Under the pieces are notes generated by a model. That model did not search any database. It was not told the DNA's origin and worked only from the letters and a program-made list of their open reading frames with translations. The translations under genes were made by a program, and so were the position numbers. This document shows, piece after piece, positions 1 through 6,898 of a stretch of 13,059 nucleotides of DNA. The stretch covers positions 1-13,059 of the forward strand of contig JAFGGO010000044.1 of NCBI GenBank assembly GCA_016930515.1, in the 5' to 3' direction. The first letter of the stretch is position 1. The number at the start of each line of letters is the position of its first letter. This DNA comes from Promethearchaeota archaeon. Lineage in GTDB: Archaea > Asgardarchaeota > Lokiarchaeia > Sigyniarchaeales > SOKP01.

Positions 1-517
1 ATTGAAAACTCCCCAAAACGGGATTTTGCTTGAAAAAAGTCTTGAGTTTTTTGATATAAAAAAAGAAGAAGACGATAAAAAGAGGCCAAAATGTAAACGA
101 CATGAATTGATTTGTCTCAGGTGCTATAAATAAAATTATAATGAATATGACGATATTGGCTGTAAATATCAGCGTGAATATGTATTTAAATCGAAATACT
201 CTTTTTCTTTCAATATTAAAAATAAATAGTATTGCCCCTAAGATCAAGGTAATATAACCACAGTTCAAGAAAACATCCCGATTTATACCCGTATCGTAGT
301 GATCCCCAAAAATAAAATTTAACCACATTAAGGAAAAACCCATATATATCCAAAAATGAGCATATTGTTGCCTGCTTCTTCTAATCTGCTTATCTTGCTT
401 GCCAATACTACTAACTAATAATGAAAGTTGTAAAAATAATACAGCAATTACCCACTCGGTAATAAGTATTACTTCTGCAAGCTCCCCTCGAAGTGGAAAT
501 TGAACTGTTTCTATCAT
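1..517 (-). CDS. Multi-pass membrane protein, 5' part only (runs off the window); probable paralog of the adjacent 7TM protein
   Basis: Not in the ORF track. Manual translation from ATG 517 is open for 172 codons to the edge: MIETVQFPLRGELAEVILITEWVIAVLFLQLSLL...YAHFWIYMGFSLMWLNFIFGDHY...VFLNCGYITLILGAILFIFNIE...YIFTLIFTANIVIFIIILFIA...FTFWPLFIVFFFFYIKK. It shows five hydrophobic segments and starts 15 nt after the stop of the upstream gene. Confidence 0.9.
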   Translation of the reverse strand, partial: MIETVQFPLRGELAEVILITEWVIAVLFLQLSLLVSSIGKQDKQIRRSRQQYAHFWIYMGFSLMWLNFIFGDHYDTGINRDVFLNCGYITLILGAILFIFNIERKRVFRFKYIFTLIFTANIVIFIIILFIAPETNQFMSFTFWPLFIVFFFFYIKKLKTFFKQNPVLGSFQ

Positions 518-532
518 GATATTCCATTAATT

Positions 533-1660
533 TTAGCTATTATTCAAGATATTTATGACGTCCGTTGAAAACTTATTAAAAATTTCTTTTTCTTTTCCTT
601 TTAAGGCGTCCAAATAATGAAGTAAGGTTTTAAAATGGGTCTGGAACCTTTTCTTTATAGTATGTAGAAAGAAAGTCGTGCTTAAAAGTTCTTGCCTTAC
701 GGTTACGCAATATATTAAAAACTTATATTGGTCATCGCCGTGTTCGAGTAAGATCAACAGGTCTCCTTGTTGTATTCTTGAAATTTTTTCTTTCTGAGAA
801 TCTGTAACTGCTCCTACAATGGTTTCGATCCCAATAAGGCCGCTTGAAAAAAAAGTCTCGGTATTATCATTGTTTTGAGAGGATTCCAGAGATTTATCAT
901 CAGATTTAGAAAAATCGTAATCAAAGATGATCTGATTCCCGTGTGCGTCGATTATGTAAAGTTTTATTAATGATTCTTTCCAATTAAATTCAAGAAAGAT
1001 TGGAATGTCGAAAATCGCAAAAAGAACGACAGCCTCTCCTAATATGAATACAGGCGCAAATAAATATTTTACCACTTCTTGTTGTTCTGAATTGTAAATG
1101 GGTAAGTGATTTTCTGTTAGAAACACGATTGCAATGGCAATAATAATGTTTCCTAGAAATAACAATTGTAACCTTATTTTGACTTGACCAGCAGATTTTT
1201 TTATCAATTGAATGTGTGCGAAAAAGGCGAATATTCCCCCTAAGGCAGCAGATAATAAAATCAAGCTATTTTTAATTACGCGATCAGGTACGATAAATAT
1301 AAGAACTGATAAAAAAATGGCAATAAATGAAATAATCCTTGTCACTTGAACGCGAATTAAATAGTCGAACGCATTGCTCGATAAAATGATTAAAAAAGAA
1401 ATTGCAGCAATGGCCACGAGAAAATGCGTGCAATCCATAAGATAGTCGTATTCAATGATACCTTCAAAATAATATTGGAATATATGTCTCAATGTCATTC
1501 CAGTCACGCCAAAGTTGTAAAGAAGGCTAAAAGCCAAAAAAAACCTGTTTAATACCAGCCCTTCTTTCCGTATTTTTAGATATCTATATAAAAAATAAAA
1601 TCCTATTTGATATCCGAAAATCATTGCGATGATGACAAAAGGTAAATGAAAATCATTCAA
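533..1660 (-). CDS. Seven-transmembrane protein with C-terminal longin-like cytoplasmic domain
   Basis: Seven hydrophobic segments (about aa 6-28, 39-62, 76-95, 109-124, 132-153, 164-181, 199-217). Then aa ~230-375 show a b-b-a-b-b-b-a-a pattern (LYIID/IIFDYDF/FFSSGLIGIETIV/ISRIQQGDLLILLEHG/LIYCVTV/FFLHTIKKRFQTHF/IFNKFSTDVINIL) typical of longin folds. TTG start with an in-frame stop 27 nt upstream. Domain call is by eye. Confidence 0.8.
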   Translation of the reverse strand: MNDFHLPFVIIAMIFGYQIGFYFLYRYLKIRKEGLVLNRFFLAFSLLYNFGVTGMTLRHIFQYYFEGIIEYDYLMDCTHFLVAIAAISFLIILSSNAFDYLIRVQVTRIISFIAIFLSVLIFIVPDRVIKNSLILLSAALGGIFAFFAHIQLIKKSAGQVKIRLQLLFLGNIIIAIAIVFLTENHLPIYNSEQQEVVKYLFAPVFILGEAVVLFAIFDIPIFLEFNWKESLIKLYIIDAHGNQIIFDYDFSKSDDKSLESSQNNDNTETFFSSGLIGIETIVGAVTDSQKEKISRIQQGDLLILLEHGDDQYKFLIYCVTVRQELLSTTFFLHTIKKRFQTHFKTLLHYLDALKGKEKEIFNKFSTDVINILNNS

Positions 1661-1689
1661 GGCAGTATTACCATTTTTATTATATCATA

Positions 1690-1730
1690 TTATGAACAAT
1701 TTAGTTCATAAAACTTTAGATATTTATGAA
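1690..1730. promoter_or_regulatory. Operator-like inverted repeat upstream of the 7TM genes
   Basis: TTATGAAC-N6-GTTCATAA (1690-1711) plus a third half-site TTATGAA (1724-1730). It overlaps a minus-strand TATA-like TTTTATGA (1706-1713). Confidence 0.55.
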
Positions 1731-1929
1731 GAAAAAATTGCTCTTATTAAAATTATTTAAAATCTACAAATAGATTATTCTTTAAAATATTCAAGGGACA
1801 AATTCTTCAAATTATTTTTTTTCTTATGATTGCATTCAAAATTTTTATGAGAGGGAAAACTTTTAGTAATCGAATTTGATCTTAGTTATTATTATCGAGA
1901 AATTTCAATTTACACATTAAGGATTGATC

Positions 1930-3132
1930 ATGACCATTTATTTTGCATTCTTGTTCCATATATACCAGCCACCCGTCCAAATTCCCTCGGTTATTAACCA
2001 AATCGTTCACGAATCTTACAAGCCTATCTTTGAAGCATTGCAGGATCATCCGGAAGCGAGAATCACCCTCAACATAAACGGAACGCTCACCGAACAGCTC
2101 CACGATTTCGGTTATGATGATCTCATCGGTTTGATGACTACTTTAGCTTCTCGGGATCAAATCGAATTCACGGGCTCGGCTAAGTTCCACCCCCTCTTAC
2201 CACTAATACCCGAACCCGAGATAAGAAGACAAATTCAGCTCAATAATGAGACGAACGAGCACTTCTTCGGCAAGTTATACGCCCCTCGGGGTTTTTTTCC
2301 TCCTGAAATGGCCATATCGGAGGAAGTAGTGAAATCAGTCAAGAAAGCAGGATTCGAGTGGATGATAGCCAGTGGTATCGCGAACACTCTCCCCTTATTT
2401 CCCACAAGGACCATATCTCAAGCGCATAATGGCTTGAAGCTGGTGTTTCGGGACGACTATATCTCCATAGATTGTGCTTTTGACAAGATCAACAATGTAG
2501 AAACCTTCGTAAATAGGTTGAAATATACTAACACTTCGGAGGACACCTATGTTGTTCTGGCTCTCGATGGAGAAACATTCGGTCACCATGTGAAGCACGC
2601 AATCACGGACTTTTTAATCCCCCTTTTAGATACCTTGCCGCACAGGAACGATATCAATCTTTGTACCGTTTCGGAGATCGTTGATAAATTCCCTAAGGGC
2701 TCTAAACAAGCACCAAGGGATTCCAGCTGGTCTACTATGCCTTACGACATTGCCCACGACGTCCCATTCCCGCTCTGGTTCGACCCTGGTAACGCCATTC
2801 ACATAGAACAACACCGTTTTTTTATGTACGCCTTGACCCTCATCCACTTATCTGCTAAATACCGTGAAAGCATGGATCCCGAGCGGAAAGAATTATTTGA
2901 TAACGCTCGTAACTTACTCGACAGAGGAATTCACAGTTGCCAGCAATGGTGGGCGTCCAAGCGGCCTTGGTACAGTACGGATATGATTCTCCGAGGGCTT
3001 AACGAGGTGCTCATGGCCAGCGTGAACGCCAAGCGTAGCATCCCAGATAACGCTCCTGACATCAAGGATGCAATGGAACTCATTATGGAGGATATGCTGA
3101 TTGCTCAAAACAGGATAATTCTCTCACTTTGA
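1930..3132 (+). CDS. Glycoside hydrolase family 57 (alpha-glucan-active, short ~400 aa form)
   Basis: GH57 conserved regions are present: HIYQP, EFTGSAKFHPLLPL, FFPPEM (nucleophile Glu), LALDGETFGH (acid/base Asp) and HSCQQWW. ATG 1930 is preferred over TTG 1924. Confidence 0.92.
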   Translation: MTIYFAFLFHIYQPPVQIPSVINQIVHESYKPIFEALQDHPEARITLNINGTLTEQLHDFGYDDLIGLMTTLASRDQIEFTGSAKFHPLLPLIPEPEIRRQIQLNNETNEHFFGKLYAPRGFFPPEMAISEEVVKSVKKAGFEWMIASGIANTLPLFPTRTISQAHNGLKLVFRDDYISIDCAFDKINNVETFVNRLKYTNTSEDTYVVLALDGETFGHHVKHAITDFLIPLLDTLPHRNDINLCTVSEIVDKFPKGSKQAPRDSSWSTMPYDIAHDVPFPLWFDPGNAIHIEQHRFFMYALTLIHLSAKYRESMDPERKELFDNARNLLDRGIHSCQQWWASKRPWYSTDMILRGLNEVLMASVNAKRSIPDNAPDIKDAMELIMEDMLIAQNRIILSL

Positions 3133-3240
3133 AATTATTTTTAGTTCTTTTTCTAAATTCAACTTCTTAAACAATAAATCATACTTAAGGATTTTTTATC
3201 AAAATATATCTTTATATGTAATTAAATATAAAAAAACATC

Positions 3241-3441
3241 CTCCGAAGCGCGTTACGGCTATCGGGACCGAAAAGCGTTTATTCCGTGGAGAAGCGCATT
3301 AGGGAGTTGTTTAGAATTCGCAACAATCCCGAGCTCTTGAAGGAGATTGCGATAAGGCGGAATGTTCAAGGCGAGTTCTTGATAATTAATACTTCAATTC
3401 CAGAATACGCCACGCTCATTGAAAGGGAGCTAATCGTGTAA
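3241..3441 (+). other. GC-rich intergenic island: small ORF (GTG 3286-3441, 51 aa), gene remnant or structured ncRNA
   Basis: 93/200 GC by hand count, with very AT-rich flanks. The frame is open 3232-3441 (VEKRIRELFRIRNNPELLKEIAIRRNVQGEFLIINTSIPEYATLIERELIV from the GTG). TATA-like TTTATATG at 3211-3218 upstream and T-tracts at 3504-3519 downstream. Four possible hairpins. Confidence 0.45.
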
Positions 3442-3446
3442 GATAT

Positions 3447-3519
3447 AAAAAAAGTGAGTAATTTAATAATTGATCATTCTTCTATAAAATTACCCACTCA
3501 ATCTTTTTTTCTTTTTTTT
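3447..3519. terminator. Probable bidirectional terminator
   Basis: 12-bp inverted repeat AGTGAGTAATTT (3453-3464) / AAATTACCCACT (3487-3498). It is fully paired with one G-U on the minus strand and followed there by a U-tract. The plus strand has T7/T8 tracts at 3504-3519. Confidence 0.6.
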
Positions 3520-3535
3520 CAAACGATTAAAGCAC

Positions 3536-3868
3536 TCACATGGGTACCTGCTTTGGAATTCCAAGCCCAATGAGCGACAGTGCTTCTTCCCCATCGAGCA
3601 TGGTCTCGATCTTGTAATGCAATCCTTCCACGCTGGATAGTCCGAGCAAGCGTTTCGTGATGAGTTTTATTGCTTCTTCGTAACGACCTTCTTTGATTTT
3701 AACTATGGATAAGACTTTGGTTCCTTTCTTGGCAGATACGACGCCTAAAGGCAATACACCTTTTTCAAACGGCTTCGATTCGTGCTCTCGCATTACCTCG
3801 ATGTATTTTGCGCCCGCTTTTGCCTCTTTTCCTTGCGGAATCCATGTCGTTATCATTATCAATACCAT
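3536..3868 (-). CDS. Small hypothetical protein, probable ferredoxin-like / dimeric alpha-beta barrel fold
   Basis: 110-aa ORF with ATG and a strong SD AAGGAGGT (3876-3883). Alternating b-a-b-b-a-b pattern. Function cannot be assigned. Confidence 0.8.
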   Translation of the reverse strand: MVLIMITTWIPQGKEAKAGAKYIEVMREHESKPFEKGVLPLGVVSAKKGTKVLSIVKIKEGRYEEAIKLITKRLLGLSSVEGLHYKIETMLDGEEALSLIGLGIPKQVPM

Positions 3869-4084
3869 TTTAAATACCTCCTTAATGTATTCTTTTTTAA
3901 ATTAAAATAAACAATGATCACATTGCTTGGTTCGTATTTAAGCCTTTTGACGCTTTTGTAAAATGGTGAATTAAAATAATTTGAATGAGCCAGAAAAAAT
4001 TATGGTTTTATAAACCGCTGTGCGTTTTTTAATTAAGCGCCATAAGTTCAATCTAATATGACCGTGAAATTCAAGGATCTAGTA

Positions 4085-4140
4085 TTTATTTAAAGGGAAC
4101 TTAAATGTTAAGAAAAGTTAAATATTAAGTCACATTAACT
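4085..4140 (+). promoter_or_regulatory. marR operon promoter with tandem candidate operators
   Basis: TATA-like TTTATTTAAA (4085-4094), followed by TTAA at 4101, 4108, 4118, 4125 and 4135 (17-bp period). TTAAATRTTAAG is repeated at 4101 and 4118. Confidence 0.5.
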
Positions 4141-4175
4141 AATCTATAATCTTCAAAAAAAGATTGGAGAAAAAA

Positions 4176-4631
4176 ATGTCGCAAGAACTTTCGCAAATAA
4201 TTAAAAAATGGATCGAAATAACCATGCATAAGTCTATGCATAATTTTTTCAAGTTTTCTAAAGAAAACGACCTTTCGATCCATCAAATAGGAGCACTTAT
4301 TCGAATATATCGCAAGCGTGATTGTAATGTATCTATTCTTGGTGCTGATATGGGCGTATCTAGTGCTGCAGCAAGTCAAATGCTAGATAGAATGGTTCAA
4401 TTAGGGTTGATAGAAAGAACCATCGATCCTGAAGATCGTCGCATAAAAAATTTTAAATTAACCGAAAAAGGACTTGACTTGATTAACGAAAGCTTTCACA
4501 TCAGCCAATCTTGGATCGAAGATTTGGTACACGCATTACGAAACGACGAAAAGGAAGAAACAATCGTTGTTTTAAATAGACTCATCAACTTAGTTAATCT
4601 AAATAATGGCGAGTCTAATTTTTTCAAATAA
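4176..4631 (+). CDS. MarR family transcriptional regulator
   Basis: Winged HTH signature LGADMGVSSAAASQMLDRMVQLGLIER...DPEDRR...LTEKG. ATG 4176 is preceded by GGAG (4166-4169), so it is preferred over TTG 4164. Confidence 0.95.
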   Translation: MSQELSQIIKKWIEITMHKSMHNFFKFSKENDLSIHQIGALIRIYRKRDCNVSILGADMGVSSAAASQMLDRMVQLGLIERTIDPEDRRIKNFKLTEKGLDLINESFHISQSWIEDLVHALRNDEKEETIVVLNRLINLVNLNNGESNFFK

Positions 4632-4678
4632 TATATGTATTTTTAAACATAAATCTACAAACAAAATAATGTGATTCT

Positions 4679-6898
4679 ATGACTAGAATAATCAAATACA
4701 CAAAGCCATATTTACCAATGATTACTGTGGCGATCGTACTCTTATTCATACAGGCTAACGCAAACTTGGCGCTACCAGACTACTTGTCAGACATTGTGAA
4801 TGTAGGAATTCAAAACGGCGGAATTGAAGATACGGTACCTATAGCAATTACGGAACAAGAAATGAATAGAACGCTCATATTCGTAAACGCAACAGATGAT
4901 CAAGCAGAGATGCTCAGTCGTTACACTTTAATTGATAATGCCTCCTCAAGTTATAGTTCATATGTAGGAAAATATCCCGCGATTAAAAACGAGCCCATAT
5001 ATGTGTTGAAAAGTATTACTGGAGAAGAACGTAATCAACTGCGCTCTCTCATGGCAAAACCAACTATAATCGTATATTTTATCAAACAATTAATGGAAAA
5101 TCCTGAACTGGCAACTGAAATGGGCATTCCTTTACCTCCAGGGGATATTTTCCTTTTTATTGAAAATGCGAGTGGACCAGTTAAAACCATGTATTTAAAT
5201 ATGATTTTTGAAATGTTTAGTGGTTTTGACAATTCGATGATAAACCAAGCGGTTGTGCAAGCAATTAGGGAAGAATATCGATTACTCGGAATGGATCTTG
5301 ATGCGATTCAAATGAATTATATCTTTCGCGTTGGTGCTTTAATGCTTTTAATGACATTAATTTCAATGGCTTGTATCATTGCTGTAAGCTATTTTTCTGC
5401 AAAGACCGCAACTGGAATGGCCCGTGATATTCGAGAAGATTTATTTGTGAAAGTTGAAAGTTTTACAAATGCAGAATTCGATAAGTTCTCTACGGCTTCT
5501 TTAGTAACTCGTTCAACAAACGATATAACTCAGATTCAAATGCTGGTAATGTTATTAATCCGTATTGTGTTTTATGCTCCAATTATCGCTATTGGCGGTA
5601 TCATTCACGCAATAGCCATAGCACCGTCGTTAATGTGGATAATAGCTGTTGCTGTTGCAGTGCTCATCACCTTGATCATCGTCATATTTTTAGTGGCACT
5701 ACCCAAATTTAAAGTAATACAATCGTTAATAGATAGAATAAACCTAATTTCACGCGAGAGTCTCACGGGAATGATGGTTATCAGGGCTTTTAATAAACAA
5801 AAGCATGAAAAAAAGCGCTTTGATATCGCTAATCGCAATCTAACGAAAAAAAGCCTGTTTATTAATCGAGTAATGGTTGTATTAATGCCAGTGATGATGT
5901 TCATCATGAATGGAAGCATGATATTAATCATATGGGTTGGAGCTCACGATGCTTCGAATGGATTAATCCAGGTTGGAAACATGATGGCGTTCATACAATA
6001 TGCAATGCAGATTGTAATGTCATTTTTAATGATTTCAGCCATGTTTATTATGTTACCACGATCTAGCGTATCTGTAAAGAGAATTTCCGAAGTATTGAAT
6101 ACAGAACCATCTATTAAGGATGCTAAGGAATTAAGGAGGTTTAAAGAACCGTTCGATGCTACTATAGAATTTCGCAATGTATCTTTTCAATATCCTGGTG
6201 CAGATGAAAATGTTCTAGAAGATATAAGCTTTATCGCAAAACCTGGAGAAACTACTGCTTTCATAGGCTCTACTGGCTCTGGAAAATCAACTCTCATCAA
6301 CTTGATACCACGATTTTATGATGTTAGTTCTGGGTCGATACTAATTGACGGTATTGATATTAGGGAAGTCTCACAACACGACCTACGAGAAAAAATAGGT
6401 TATGTTCCTCAGAAAAGTTCGTTATTCTCAGGTACTATTGGAAGTAATTTATATTATGCCAACGAAAATGCAGAACAAACAGTCATTCAATCTTCAATTG
6501 ATATCGCACAAGCTTCTGAATTTATAAATACCAAACCAGAAGGACTTGACGCAATCATTGCGCAAGGCGGAATGAATGTCTCAGGAGGTCAAAAACAGAG
6601 ATTATCCATTGCTCGGGCGTTGGTAAAACAGTCTCCAATAAATCTCCTTGACGATAGCTTTTCCGCATTGGACTTTAAAACAGATAGAGCATTACGCAGC
6701 GCATTTAAAGAAAATGTGAAAGATAGTACATTGATAATAGTTACGCAAAGAGTTTCTACCATAATGAACGCAGAACAAATAATTGTATTAGACGAAGGTA
6801 AAATCGTTGGTAAAGGTACGCATGGAGAGCTAATGGACGAATGTGAAACATATCGGGAAATTGCTCTATCACAACACACAATGGAGGAATTATTATAA
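4679..6898 (+). CDS. Heterodimeric ABC exporter (type IV, TM287-like subunit), fused TMD-NBD
   Basis: Six-TM domain, Walker A GSTGSGKST, Q-loop YVPQ, signature VSGGQKQR, degenerate Walker B (LLDDSFSALD, catalytic E>D) and switch (VTQR, H>Q). Long insertion between TM1 and TM2. Confidence 0.95.
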   Translation: MTRIIKYTKPYLPMITVAIVLLFIQANANLALPDYLSDIVNVGIQNGGIEDTVPIAITEQEMNRTLIFVNATDDQAEMLSRYTLIDNASSSYSSYVGKYPAIKNEPIYVLKSITGEERNQLRSLMAKPTIIVYFIKQLMENPELATEMGIPLPPGDIFLFIENASGPVKTMYLNMIFEMFSGFDNSMINQAVVQAIREEYRLLGMDLDAIQMNYIFRVGALMLLMTLISMACIIAVSYFSAKTATGMARDIREDLFVKVESFTNAEFDKFSTASLVTRSTNDITQIQMLVMLLIRIVFYAPIIAIGGIIHAIAIAPSLMWIIAVAVAVLITLIIVIFLVALPKFKVIQSLIDRINLISRESLTGMMVIRAFNKQKHEKKRFDIANRNLTKKSLFINRVMVVLMPVMMFIMNGSMILIIWVGAHDASNGLIQVGNMMAFIQYAMQIVMSFLMISAMFIMLPRSSVSVKRISEVLNTEPSIKDAKELRRFKEPFDATIEFRNVSFQYPGADENVLEDISFIAKPGETTAFIGSTGSGKSTLINLIPRFYDVSSGSILIDGIDIREVSQHDLREKIGYVPQKSSLFSGTIGSNLYYANENAEQTVIQSSIDIAQASEFINTKPEGLDAIIAQGGMNVSGGQKQRLSIARALVKQSPINLLDDSFSALDFKTDRALRSAFKENVKDSTLIIVTQRVSTIMNAEQIIVLDEGKIVGKGTHGELMDECETYREIALSQHTMEELL

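Noticed and set aside
446-457. 12-mer AATTACCCACTC repeated at 3488-3499, a possible att site or target duplication
   Set aside because: One copy lies inside an intact CDS, no integrase is present, and a single 12-mer match is plausible by chance in AT-rich DNA.
533-1660. Microbial rhodopsin or heliorhodopsin
   Set aside because: The only Lys near TM7 (K198) is at the helix start rather than mid-membrane, and there is no recognisable helix C retinal-pocket motif.
1628-1674. Minus-strand ATG-GTA-ATA-CTG-CCT-TGA as a selenocysteine or frameshift start
   Set aside because: Readthrough meets another stop within about 12 codons and no SECIS is evident. The TTG start explains the gene.
1882-3108. 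Four short minus-strand ORFs overlapping GH57
   Set aside because: They are antisense to a well-supported gene and have no recognisable motifs.
3241-3441. tRNA, 5S rRNA, SRP or RNase P RNA
   Set aside because: No cloverleaf or T-loop and none of the conserved motifs of these RNAs were recognised. It is kept only as an unknown element.
3693-4379. ORFs 3693-3905 (+) and 4125-4379 (-)
   Set aside because: They are antisense shadows of the 110-aa gene and marR.
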